The notes under the pieces were generated by a model, which saw nothing but the letters and a program-made list of their open reading frames with translations, ran no database searches and was not told the DNA's origin. Positions 13,024 to 27,083 of a stretch of 64,000 bases of DNA are shown here, in pieces (positions within the stretch are counted from its first letter, which is position 1; each line of letters opens with the position of its first letter). The translations under genes and the position numbers were made by a program. The DNA is from Lingula anatina. Lineage: Eukaryota; Animalia; Brachiopoda. The stretch lies in contig CM120649.1 in assembly GCA_051362555.1 (NCBI GenBank), positions 12,090,001 to 12,154,000 of the forward strand, written 5' to 3'.

Positions 13024-16000
13024 GTACCAGTGTGAACAGGACCAGTTAAAGCTACATGCCCAATGTTGATCTAGTGCCTGGGGTAAACTTTTAAGTGAAC
13101 TCTTGACATCTGTGTGATCTCTGCTGAATGTAACAAGCAACACCCAACTGTATGGAATGTTCAACAAAATTCTTTTAAAATGATTGTTTTATTTCATGCT
13201 CTGTAGCTTAATTAAGCCAATTAACATAGAATTAGTTTGTAAACTCTTCTTTATTTTCAAAAAAGTTTATCTTCTTTGATTTTGTTCAAGAAATGAAAAC
13301 TTTTTACACAGAGATAAGGTCAAAATTGAAAAGGCCTCATATTTAAAACTTCTCTAGAAAGTTGTAGAAAGACCTACAATTGCAATATTATTGATCAGAT
13401 TTTTTTCTTGAAATATAAATAGGCACATCTCTGATAGATAAATCATAAAGAATATCAAACAATAAATGAACAGAATCTTTTATTTTTGCTACTAATGCCA
13501 ATTTAAGGTACAATTAACATGCCTTGAATGTAAAAATAGGACTGTTATTTTTGTCTGCCTTGTGGTCAGCTTCAAAGCACATAAAAGAAAATCATGAAAT
13601 TGTACAGTGGGTTAATGTTATAGCCTCCAGCATGCCATTTGACTTCACTGACCTCGGGGCAAAGGTCAGGCGCACCAGTGGGGAGAAGTCCCTGCCATTC
13701 CACCACTGACAGTGCAGTATTCTCTTACTCCTCACACCTGGCTCTGTCAGTTAGTTCAGGTTCGCTGTGTTTTTCCTGTCCATGTTCTACTTGATGTCTG
13801 TTTTATTTGGTCGTGACCTTGTGGGTGGCGTGCTAAGGGCCGTGACCTTCAGTGACCTTCTTGGTGGATGTCAGATGATTTGAAGATTGGAAGTGACTTG
13901 GAAATACTAGGTGGTGGTTGTGGTGACTGATGGTTGAAGGATATCAACAAGACAAAAAGGAAGTTATATATGATACAACAAGAACCTGTTTCACATCTCT
14001 GACTTATATTCTAAACTTACTGTATTTTATAACATGTCAACAATCAGTTTTGTTCAAAATAATATTGGAAAATCAGGGAAAAGAGAAAACTACGTGGGTG
14101 ATTTGTAATACATTTCCTTACTTGAATCAGAGAGACATAATGTTAACTGAGTTTCAGCCTATATCAGCAAAGAATAGACAACTCCAAAAGACACAGGTGG
14201 TTTTGCCTGCTCAATACCATTTAAGTTCATTAAACCGCAAAGTAACTCCCTGTTATTCTTCAACTTGGAATAATTTGTCAAGTTTAATACATGTATCTAA
14301 GTTATGGAAAACTACATGTGAAAAGGTTCTATTGTGCACCTTGCTCACTTTTGCTAAGCAATATCTCTACTGTCTGCCTTCTGGTATTTACCCTGTTTAA
14401 CTTTGCATCCTGTCAGACACATATGCCAGTAGGTTCATTACTATCTGCCTTTGTTCTACTCATGGAACAGATGCATATGCCCCTATATCTATCAACTTTA
14501 GTGGGAATACATGAAGGAGACCAAGCTGTAAGAGTAGTGTGAAAGCAGTAGCATATGTGATAATGACTTGAGTCACTTGTTCAGGAGGTGTCTACCCACT
14601 GGTTTCTGTATACAAAAGACGATTTGGGAGTTTTCATTCAAGACAAACAGTAACACGTTTTCAAAAATCAGCCTAAATGAAATTTTCTTTGACTTGAAGC
14701 TTCATTGCAATTACCACTGCTGGTTTAGTGTCTCTCTGATTCTATGGCGAAAAAGGGGCTCACAAATCACCCATGTAGTTGTATGTTTTCTCAGCAAGAC
14801 TTTGTTGTAACAGCAAGAGGTTCCAGCTTATTTCATTATGTTGTAAAGTAGCAGCCCAGACTAATTGGCAATTGGGAGTTTTTTCACTCTGTGGGAAGGG
14901 TCACTGCATGTTTTTACCCAGCTGACTTCAAAGCTTTTGTTCTGTTGCTGCAGCAGGTTGCCCTCATTGGCTCCAAGAGAGGGGTCAAGGTCATATTGGG
15001 GTCACAGGTGAGAGAGAGAGCCAATGTTATTGTTAGCAACAGATGTTTTATGTTGTCTGTAAATTAAAATATATGTCTGTTTTGTTTTCTTTTTTCGTTT
15101 TCAACAGCAGCTGGTTGATGGGTAATTAGCAATGATGGAAAGTTGTTAGATGGTTGGTAGGAGAGCTATTTCGGGGTGTGTTTAGGAAATATTATGTGGG
15201 CAAGAGCAACACAGGAAGGGTGAAGAGTATGGAAAATCTGGTTATGTCATTTTAACAGTAGGAGTTAAACCGACACTAGCTGTGGAATTTTTTTTTATTT
15301 CAGGAGCTAAGATTGTTTGCTTTGGGTATAGAAAATTTAGGAGCGTTGCATTGATTTCCATTATATTTATTTTTTGTCTTGGAGAAATATCCATTACCTT
15401 TCTATCTGTTTTCATTTTTTAACTGTGTTGTTTTCATTGGCCAGCATGTATTACAATAACACTATATTGAAATGCAGCGAGACCTGAAGGAAAATAAGAT
15501 GAAGGAAAATAAGATTTGGAACAAAAAGGAAAAGACCATCATCAAAGGAGTTTAGGTAATATATGACTGTTAAATGAGTTTGGCTAAATTTCAAAGCAGA
15601 AGGGACACTAAAACCAGACCCATCCTTCTAGGTGAAATAGTTATCTGTAGTATTAGTATGGAGGTAGCGTGGGAGGTAACAAATACTTCATGGAGTTGTG
15701 AGGTGAGAGAAGTAAGAGGAGGAGGAGGAGGAGAAGGGGGGGTTATAAGAAAGGAGGAAGGCAGAAAGGGACTTCTCCAATTGCTTGTTTTCTTTGTTCA
15801 ATTTTTTTTATGTGTATTTATTTTTGACCCTTTTTTTTTTTTTTTTTGCTTGATTATATCATTTTATTGTAGGGGCATACTTTGCTTTTCTAATCAACAA
15901 TCATTTTCTCCCATAACAACATGTGCATGTTCTGTTTCACTGAAATAATAGCTGAACATTGCATTTCTTAAAATCACTTGTTGTTTTGATGTACACTATA

Positions 16001-19000
16001 GCACCATACAACATACATAATGAAAGGCTGATAATATTAATGCAAGCCAAGTTTTAGTCAGACCCCCTCAGTCTAGACTGTTATCAACTCCCCCCCCCCC
16101 TTCCCCAACCTACGCCGAGGTGCCCCAGACGGTATTTATGACCATGTTATATTGTTAAGTCCCAGACTACAGGGAGCAGCCTGATATTGTAACCCAAAAT
16201 ATGTCAACTATTTCCTGCTAATTATTACACCATTCCCAGCCTTTATTTTTCCCCCAATTTTAATTTGGCAGTAGTGGAGCAGCTTTATGTAAGCTGTAGA
16301 CGGAAGTAGAAAAAAGCTGAAGAAAGAATAGATTTGTTTTTTACGGAAGAAAGGGAGAGAGGGAGAGGAAAGAATGACTGCAGTTTTTGACATGTTCTCT
16401 TTACCCACACTGGAGAATAATTCAGTGGCCAAATGTTGGTCGCAGATTCTTGTGTGGTGTTTTAGTGTGACAGATGTAGTTTACAAAAAAAAAAAAAGAT
16501 TGAAAACATGCACTGAGCCATGTGTAGGATGGGATTCCTGCTAATTAAGGTCTTCCTAACTGCTGCTGGTAGGTTAAAGCTACTTTTAAGAGTTTTTAAT
16601 GGTTGTAGGTAACAAACAGATGCATCCTTGACATTTGTCTTGATTTATTGCATTTTATTGAATTTTTTTTATTTTTTTTTTTTTTTTGTATTGACATCTG
16701 GAAGTCTTGTATTTCCATAAAACAATCTAACTATTGAAAAAGATATTTCCACCTTTACCAGTGAAACATCCAAAAACCTCCTCCCCCCACCCACCTGTTT
16801 AGTGGTAAAAGGTAGCAGTGTTATTTTAGGCAGTTTCTCAGACTTTGTCTTCATTTGTATTTTATGAATATTGGCCACTATGAAATTGATAGACAACTAT
16901 GAATATTAAGTGGGATTCGGGCTGGCCTATATTACTAGCATGTCATTGATATATTGCAATTTTATTAAAGATGTTGAATAGATATCAATATCATAGAATT
17001 AATAGTAAGATAATATGAAGAGTTATTTATGAAAATTTTAAAGTAAGAAAGTTGTGTAAAAGTTGTAAAATATATGATATAACATGATGTTTTTCTGTTG
17101 GATATAAAAGACAAACATTGAATCAGTGTAATAACTGTGTTTTGACCCAGGGTCTACAGTTAACAAGATGTCATTCACACCACAAAAATAATCTGGTGTG
17201 AAAACCAACTTTAATAAAAAAGGCATGTCCTTATCCAACATTTAGCTGACCCTCTGTTGGTATTTTGGGTGACTCACGTATATGGGTCATGACTTTAGAA
17301 ATGAGCTTGAGGGAGATGGAGGGATGGATAGATGTAGTTCTAAGGAAAGGAGGTGGGAGAGAGAGGGGTGGGTTGAAATGAGAGGTGGAGAACTTAAGTA
17401 TGAGAAAGCAAGAGCTCCCTCTAGTATTAGTGCACAAAAATAACTGGTGTTTGAGAATGAATGCACAACCAGTGAGTACGAGATACCTTATTAAAACCCC
17501 ATCAGCCTCACAGGGCAGAGAGAGGAACCTGGCCATTTGAGCACATTACAGCTCTTACTCCAGATGTATTTTATAGAGTGGCACACAAGGTCATGGGAAG
17601 TATGTGAACTAAGCAGTTTCCTAGGGTGAAGTTATATCCTGTTGGTTGATCAAGAGTGAGAGAACGTGGCTGGTTCGGAGGGGTATGGTGCTGGGCTCAC
17701 TGGAGCATACAGGGTTGCCAGCACCACTCATTTCAACCTTCTTCTCTGCATTTTTTTAGTCCAGAAAATAACATTTTTGTTGAGGTGATGCAACTGTATT
17801 TCATTGTAGATTAGACAATTGGCTGTAAGGTTGAATCGTTGAATATGATTGTTTCATTTTTTCAGTAAAAATCAGAGAAAACTATATATATGCCATTCTG
17901 AGGCTTCAGAGGGTTATTTGTCAGACCAGGAAGCATCGTGGTGAAGAGTTCAGGAGGGTTTTAGGCCAAATCATGGAAAAACATTAAAGTCAGAGATTGA
18001 TGTTGTTTTCAATAGTTTTATCAAACTCTTCTGAGAGCTGAATGCCTCAACTCGGTGAGATAACAAGGAAGGATGGTAGGGATCGTATCCTAAATCAGAG
18101 TAACCTACTGTCAGCTTCTTTAAGCCTTGCATAAGACTTTCTGTTTTACCAACAACATGGAAATGGCTTTGGCTACGAAAGTTATCTTAGAAAAGCTGCC
18201 AATAAGCAGTTAATATTTCAGTACAGGCAGTAGGTACCCAGAACACATCTCAACATTCCCACATGCACTGGCACTTACTCATTTGCATTGATCCACGAAT
18301 GCTTATGAGCCATTTAGCCTTTGTGGTATTTTAAAAAGTCGATGGGTTGAGTGCAACGCTGCCTCTCAATTTGCCTACATGAAAAAATGCAGGAAGGGAA
18401 TAATGGTTCTGGTGTTGTATGCAGTGGAAAGAGCTGTCAGGACTTTGGGGCACTGTACTTCCTGTTGCTGTTGATAGAATGTCAGGGTAGATACCCCTTT
18501 TCTCCACCTGAACCCAATGTCATCAGTGTTTTGCTGTGTTCACAGCTAGTCTAACTGAGATCAAAATGTGTCAGTTTCCTCTTGCATGGCAGTAGAATTG
18601 GTAACTTGGAATTCTAAAGCTTTGGACACGAATTGATGAAAGTATATGGTTTGTTGAGATCAGTGCTTGGAATTACAACATACATCCAGTCAAATTGGGT
18701 TAATAAACTCATTACGACCTTATTAGTTGGGCAACATATTGTGATTAAAAATCAGCCTAATTATGTATGGCATGAGTGACTTATATATAGTAAACTGTGA
18801 CCTAAATATAGTAAAATAGCAAAAAAGGCAAGAATTGGTCCAATTATAGCATCCAAGGTGGCCAGTTAAAGGCAGCAGCACTGACCTTATTACAACTCAT
18901 GAGAAATTGTCTTCCTCACAACAAGGTATTTGCAATGCACTGAGTGAGCAGAGGTTTCTTACTTTACTACTGCATGGAAAGGGTATGAAACAAGGTCTGT

Positions 19001-22000
19001 AGCAATACTGCTCTGATGGAGAAGTAAATTAGGAAGTTACTTCTACTTGTTTTCAATATAAGACACCCTGAGTTTGAAAGTCTACTGGAATCTTGTTTGC
19101 CTAGCCAGCATTCAAATTTATGATCAGTGAAAAGGAGTTAGGTTCAGGAGATTCACCACCTCTGCTGTGAAACTAAGGTTGCTCTGGCTAGAAAAACAGT
19201 CCAGCTGGGGATAGGTGTGTTTCCTGCAGGCTTGGGTTGTAAACAGAGAGACAATTCCACTTGTTACTGTAAGTCTGCACTTCATTAAGAGTGTTTCAGG
19301 TATCATTAACAAACAGGTTTTTTTTAATATGTGAAAATTATCAGCAATGCTAATTTTTATTTGTATATGTGAGAAATCTGAACGTGATGTTTCCGTATTG
19401 GATCTCAAGTTGCAAGGAGTGCTGACTGCAGTAAACTGCACGCAAAAAGTGCTGCAGAATCATGAAGAGAGTTATTTTTTTGAGAGGACGTTAACATCTC
19501 ATTGGCATAGTATCAAGAAAAATATTGGAACATCTTGGACGAAATTTGATACCTATTTATGAGTCTTTAATGCCAGATTAATGGGCTAGTGGAATACTAT
19601 TGTAGAAGGTCATCTGCATCATGACTTCTCATAGACACATATGTACTTAAGTATTTGGAAATTAAGTGTTGTTATATTCTTAATATATTTATCAGTAGCA
19701 TGCCTAGTCAGACTATACCTGCTAGCTGAGCAATCCAGATGGCTGTATAACACGAAATTCCAGCAAAGTCAGGATTGATTTTGAGGCCTTCTGCTCAATT
19801 ACTTCATCTTCCTCACATATCCACAAGAGTCTCCACACAAGTCTAGAACATTCCCAAGGAGAAATTGTCAGGAGTGCCAGTTCTTAAGTTGGGAATGGTG
19901 CTGAGGATATGAAAGTGGTACCCAGGGTTATGAAGTGGTGCCAACCGTGGAGATAATCAGAAATGGCGCACTGCCCCATGACTCTTGCTGACAATGGTTG
20001 TGGCTATTTTTCTGTTGGACCTCTTGCCGGACCAGTTAGGTCTGATGTCATGTGCAGCTTCTGCGTAGAAGATTTTAGAGTATTAGGTATGTAGTTTTAA
20101 TAGATGGTACACATTATATTGAATATATGATATGTTTCACTCTGAGGTGCTTGCATCGGTTATCAACTCATGGATATTTTGTTTAACAGGAGGTTTAGAT
20201 ACCAGAGGACAGGTGGTTCATGGTTTCACCTGGGATTGGAAAGGTGGGGTTACTTTGAGTCCTGAATTTGGCCTTTTGATGACTAAGGCCATCTGGTCAA
20301 CCATAGAAATGCTGTAGTTTTAACAGAATGATTACTAGCTTGAACCACAGTTCTGTAATTTAAGTTTACGCTCTAAGACCAAGTCTAGACCTTATTGACT
20401 CCAAAACTGCCACACTGGGTGCAGCCTGTAACTGAGAAAATCAGAAAATCACATTATTGCCAAGTTACTGCTGAGAGGCTTCTGAGTTATGTAAAACATG
20501 CCGCCATATCTTGGCCTAGACAAGGCAACTTGCTATTAGTTTAAAATTGAAATATGGGTGGTTCTTGATAATTCTTGGAAAAAAAAACACAAAAAAACTC
20601 TGATGCTCATTTTAGAAAGGAGCTATTGCCTCATGTATAATATTGCAAAGGACCAGTTAATGGATTGATCTGATATTGAAGTTGAGGTTTGGAAACCACA
20701 GTCTGCACATGTGCAGTCCAGAACCTTGTGCATTGATAAGGAAAATGAGTTCTGATCACTTGGGGGCTAGTTCCGATGATAAAATACAGTGCGCCCAGTT
20801 TGAGAGTTCTAGAATAGTTTAAGTTGCTAGGATACTGAGCAGTTTTCGTACGCATTTGCGTCCGCTGCCTTCAACTTCTGTTTACCTGCAGGGCTTATGA
20901 GGAAGAACAGCTTTTTTTTCTGTGAACACAGTGTGATAAATGTGCTTAAAATGACCTTTTATATAAAAGCACTTGAAATCTTAATTTCCAGAATAGGATT
21001 GAAATTTTTGTATTTCTGTGATGCGACAGTAATGAATAAGACCCTTGATATTTTGGTTTTCAGGTAGTTTGTGAGGAAGATAATCAGCATCAAGTCTTCA
21101 CTGACGCAGCTTGAAAAATGCATCAATGGCCTGTGATATTTTTAGATGAAATAGCATCCCAGAATCTGATTAAGTATCGACAAGCATGTAATTTGTCATA
21201 GGACAGGATTTGCTTATAAAAAACTGTATAATGTGGTCAGTAGAGACAGTTGTAGCCATGATGAATTGCTATGTCTGAGGGGAAGTCCCTTGCTTATGTA
21301 AAGTCTGCTCAGCTTCCAATGTGAGAATGGGGAGGGGCATTTGTGGAACTGCCCAATTTCTACCACTACCTGTATATTAACTTAATTAATTAAGGCAATT
21401 ATTTTTTTTATCCAAAAAGTTTAATTGGGATTGATGCTTAGGAAGTATTGTAATGGTCCCTGAAGCCTCTAGGCATCAAGTCTTAAATTAATATCCCACA
21501 GACAGCTACTGAATTACATTCCAGACACCCCACCCATCCCTGTAAGTTGGATTATATCTTCTAGTCTGATAACAAGGAAGTATCAGAGAACAGAAGTTGG
21601 AGAAAGAACCCCAACTTATCATTATACTCCTCTTCAAGTTGGTGATGCCATTGCTCACCTATATTTATGAGAGACATTGAACAGAATGTAGTAAGTTTTT
21701 ACAATTGAATTCTTAAACGGTTTAATTTCTAAAGGGATTTTAGCTTATCACAAACACTGAGTCAGTTGTGATTCTTCTCTGAATTATCACTTTTGTTTCA
21801 TCTCTGGTTGTTATCATCATTGTTTAAAACATGAAGCATAGTTAGATGATCCTCAAACAACTGTGAAAAACTCAATCAGGGAAAATGCTGAAGGACTTCA
21901 TACCAGGTTGCCTAATTGCTTCGTAATCGGTTTCCCTGATGAGGTCATTTAGACTATTTCAGTCTTGTGTAGTCCAGGTGTGAGCATGGTTGAGGAGATC

Positions 22001-25000
22001 ATCCCTACCACTAACCAGGCTCTTTCAGGCTTGGATCTGTGATCAATACCAATCAATCAGCTGTGCCCAGGCTGTCTGAGGAGAGACTGGAGATGGAAAC
22101 TAAATGGGATTAGTCTGGAGATTATGTCAGGTCTAATCTCCACAGCTGTAGGCAGTTCTTGACAGAATGATGCCTGTCCTGTTCTCATCAGTTCTAAATT
22201 AAATGCATAGCAATATTGACACCCAGAAACTGGCTGCCTCATGCCGCTTCACCTCCCCCTTAGGACCTCAGTTGTGTTTCAGACATTTGGAATCCAATTA
22301 CAAGTATAAGCAATCTGGCTGTTCGCTACTTGGACTTGATACAAGTAGTCCTTCGATTAAGTAAAGCCTGGTGTGAACATGACCACAGTTATGACAGAGT
22401 AATATAGAACTGCATTTTCAAAGGAAGCCAAACTTCAGGTCAATGTATGTAGAATTTACATTGTACTCCCTCGAGACATTTCTGTAATTTGTGAAGTGTT
22501 TTTAGAAAGTTTTAAAAGCATACATGTCCATAGGTTTACAATAGTGATAATGGAGGGTGAGGGGGGGGGGGGGGGGTTGAACTGTCGAATTAGTATTGAT
22601 ATTTATGACATGTTTCAACTTTCAGTCACAAAATATTTGTCTGTTAAAGGTAGTTTAAGTTGAAGATTTGGTCATTTATTTGTTTTGTAGTTCAAAGATA
22701 TATGGGAAAATATTCTTTAGATACAGCACTGGGAATGTGTGGCAAGGGAGAAGAAGACAACTTTGGGAACAATATGGCAGAACCATCGAGGTCTGTTAGG
22801 GTGAAATTTCACACCTGTAGTTTGCCTTTCACATCTTTGATATAATCTCATTTCCTTGATGGAAAGCTACATGGCCACATGAATAAAAGGTGTGTCACTG
22901 TTATATAAAGCTACATGTCTGTATTCTATCTTTTACGTAAAACCATTCACATTGCTTTTATTTAAAAGACATATAATTATTTTTCGTGAGATAGAGGCTT
23001 GATTGCAAATGCATCAGAACCTGTGATGCTGTTAGAGCAATTGGGTATTACATATGGTTACAGAAGGATTTCAGGGAGGGGATTGCCATCAGGCTTTTGC
23101 TTCACGAAGTCGGGGCAATTCTTTAAAGATCCTTATTTATTATAGGTTTGTGTCACTGAAAATTTGTTGCCTTGTGACATTTGTCCTTAGAAAAAATCTT
23201 TGCTATTAATGGAAATTAGTCTGACTTCATAGGAAATGAGGAAACAGTGCAATAAATATCACATTGTACATTGCCAAGCCTAATTCATTAATCAAATGAA
23301 TGAAGCAGTTAATATCATTAATGGGCTGACAGTATGTCAGTTTGTGTATAGGTAAATGCTTTGTTATAACCATGGATCTTATTACTTGTGGCATTGTGTT
23401 GACTGTCACTGAGGCTGAGTCAGTGAGATAGCACGGCTTATTTTCAAGTAGTTCTTAAAACACTAGATTGATAAATTGAAATAGGCTAGATTGCTGTTGC
23501 CAAATAGAATAGCATGCAATGCATGGACAAGGGAAAGTTTACTTGTTATAGTTGCAGGAAAACCTGGCATCCCGTATCCATGAGTACTCTTTATCTTTTC
23601 TCACTACTTGTATGCCACCCTAAAAGTTGAAAACTCAGGTACTATGTACAGGTGATGGTAAGGCTTTTTCCCCCTGGTCTTATTACCAGCATGAACTAAA
23701 ATGTTCCAGGAAGAGAAGAGAGCATGATGTGCCAAATGCATGTAAACAAAGCCATGTGTTTGACTGGATTAGATTCTGAAGAACATCCTCTCCAAGTAAC
23801 CTGAACCTGTCTATGGTGCAGGGGCCACGTCAAAATGTTCATTCTTAGAAACAGTTGCCAAGTGTTAAATTCAAAAAGAGACCAGCTAAGGATGATATGT
23901 CTCATGGAAATTGCCCTGTCTGTAGACTGAACTTTTTGTCCTGGTAGCAGTGTAGTTGATGGCCAAGGGACCAGATAAAAATATCTATTTTTCAAGTGGT
24001 GACAGTTAAGTTTCAGGGAATGTCTTCAATTGAATTATTCATACAACTGTACAATATGAACAATATTAATTTGTTTGTAACTGTCTCAGAATATCATGCG
24101 CATTATTTTGAAGTTGTCCAAGAATGGAGAATCTGTGTCTGTTATTTTCAAAAAACAATGAAGAATGGCACCCATTGACATTCTCAGGACTTATGTACTT
24201 TGCCAAGTGTTTGGGTGTTTCCCGTCAGGTTGCTCTCTTGTAAAATTAGATTTATTTAATAGAGACTTGAAGGCAAATATCTCTGAGAAGTATATTTGAT
24301 AAAAGAAAGGGATTGGTTTTGGTGCAGTTGTATATCTTATATCACTTTCTGTATTAGTTGGGAAAAACCAAAAATTGGAAAGAGATGTTTGTCAGTCTTT
24401 AAGTTATTTGAAACATTGCGGAAATCGGAAAAGTCAAATATTATGTCTGAAGTGATAAGCCAGCTAAATCTGTGCCGATAAAGGATGTAAGGGGAAGGCT
24501 GATCATCAATAAGTACTGTTCATCTCTGATTGATTCCTGCAGCCCAATTTGTTATTTCCAGGAAGTTAAACTTGGCTTAGTTTCCTGTACATAAGTTATC
24601 CATTGGCTTATTTCCTCAGGCTAGGCAAGACTGGGAAAGATAGACATTTGACTAGGGCGTTAACATCGAAGCAGTTTTCTTTTAAGTTTTTCTTGTTTAT
24701 GTAAAACCTTTGAGAGACCTTTCATGTTTGCACCTGATGATTTGAATAGACTCTTGTGTGTACTGAAAGCAACTCATTTTTGTCAGGTCAGAATGGAAAA
24801 GTTGATTGTATTTTCTCAAGCAGAGACTATCAATGCAGCAAATACCATGTTTGAAAGTAAAACTGGTGTCTGAAATTCTTTTTGTGTTTTGAGGAATCCA
24901 AAATACAGTTACCATGAGGTAGATTTACTAAGACCATATTTTGGACTTTTCTGAAAAGGAAAGGAGTTTTTTCTTGGGTTAAAAAACTTTTGATATGAAT

Positions 25001-26868
25001 GGGTAGTTTAATATCTAAACTGGTTTTGAAAGAGAGGGTCGTCAGCCAACTGGCAACTTGCAGAAATGGGTCTGCTTCTGGTCTCCAGTGTCTCGGCAGA
25101 CTGGAGTCACACTAGCTGAACCAGCTAAATTGTTCTGACATTACATGTGCTGGTGTCCTTTGTGTTGTATGGAAAACAAGTCTGAGGATGTTTGGGCAAT
25201 TATTGCACTTCCACATACATGGGCACCATGTGCCAGAAGTGATCTGGCTGTGAGAACCATTGTGTGTCTGTCTGTCTGTCTTTCTGTCCCTTAATCTGTC
25301 CATCCGTCCATCCTTTCTTCAACAAGTCCAGTATTAATAAATTAGCCTTGGTCTATATTCAAAAAGAGATTAGTAAAAAGTTATTATAAGGAATTTGCAC
25401 AGTTCAACACCTTAATGTTGCACCTGTATATGGGAGGGGGGGGGGAGAATACTGTAGCAGTATAGGGAAAAGAAGGGCCCAAGTACCTTATGGGACTAAG
25501 GGTTAAAATGTGAGTCAGCACTTTACGACACTAGTCTCACCTATACCTGTTAGATATGTTAAAATCAAGTCTTGTTTACAAGCCTCCAGAAAAGACCTGG
25601 TCTGGAATCGGGGCCACAGTAAATGAGAGCACGGATACACCTCCAGTTCCCACACTCTCACACTTACTCATCCTCAAATTGGATTTGTACAGCAAAGGCG
25701 GCCACCTAGCAATGTTGTTTTTAGTGAGAGAGAGGGGAAAAAAAGAAGGGTAGTGTGATTTTTCTAGTGTTGATTTGGCTGTGAGTACCTTGTTATTGGC
25801 AGACTGGCTAGCTGTCTGGCTGGCTGAGGAGAAAAGAGCGCATGCGTTTTTGACCTAATCTGGGGATGCACATGTACTTTTGCGAGTAAACGGCTTGAAT
25901 GAATATTGGATTTTTTTTCACGCAAAAATATGTTGGTCGTTCTGTGTTAATGTGTGTGTATGTGCGTGTTTTGATTGAGCTGATGAGTGCATGCTTGGGA
26001 AATGTTATTGCATGAAGTCTTGTACCATGTGTGATAAAAAGAGAAATCTTGCATGTATTTCTGCATGGCGAGAGCATATTTACAATTTTAGGGTGGAAGA
26101 TGGGCAGTGAACTGCAGAATGAAAAAATATTAGTAAATAAGAATATCGATAATAAAGACAGATAGATGTTTTGTAAAGTGTCTTTGATTCATTTAGTATT
26201 GCTGGTCTTTGTGGGGATACATATTGTTTAATTTACCTGTGTAAAACAAAATCCATCTTTGAAGGTTGTTGTTTACTTAAGGTTTGTTCAGATGGGTTCA
26301 TTTTTTTTAAAAGACAGACACAACAGTACTCAATAGTATCTTTTCCCTGTGTACTGAAATGCCCCATTGTTCTTTCCACATCTGAATCAGATCACACATT
26401 CTGGTTGAGAGCTGGATTGCTTTTCACCAGCAAGTCTCAAGTTGCCATCTGAACAACTATAATATAGGAACAGGGCACTACCCACTGTAGTAGTGGTAGT
26501 AGTAGTATCAGGAGCACCTGTGGCTTATGCCTTCACTCCATTAACTGTTCTAGTATCCTAACCTGACCTTTATAGCATGCATGATTTGTTATTCTCTTAA
26601 TGTCTTAATACATACGGCTGTTCTCACTGGATATGAGTGGGAGGGAGAAGACGTACACAGTGGAGTAGAGGGGTCTGTATGTTGGGTTGAGATAGTCTTG
26701 TGTAAATCCACATTTCCTGTTTAGTTGTGATGGGGGAATGAAGTACCTGCTCTTTAGCATACTGTTTGATTTAATTTTCTAGCCATTACAAGTGAATCTA
26801 ATGGCACATGACTGAGCTCAATCACAGGGCACAGTGTTCGTTGGTGGTGGATTACATTAGCTTCCTTA

Positions 26869-27083
26869 GGCTCTATTCCCATAAATTTTAGATCGATCTA
26901 TCCCCGCGGGGAGTCTTACTAGATTACTTTCAGATAATCCGACTTAAATGTCTGTCCCGCCTACTACAAGCTGTAAGGGTGTAATTAACTTTCGTGTCCG
27001 CCCGGCTGACAGCTATTTTGCGTGAACCCCCAGGGAGTTAGGTCGATCTAAAGTAGGTCGTTCTAATCTATGGAAATGGGGTG
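26869..27083. mobile_element. Family-A MITE (Harbinger-like), uninterrupted
   Basis: Imperfect TIRs GGCTCTATTCCCATA / TATGGAAATGGGGTG, TTA on both flanks, collinear with 4261-4467. Confidence 0.8.

Noticed and set aside
25830-25900. GCGCATGCG (NRF1-like) motif as an alternative promoter
   Set aside because: Single motif with no supportable first exon or CpG island.
25980-26012. CTGATGA...GAAA hammerhead-like string (similar CTGATGA at ~9365, 21936, 37616, 50297)
   Set aside because: No convincing stem II/stem I pairing, or no correctly placed GAAA.
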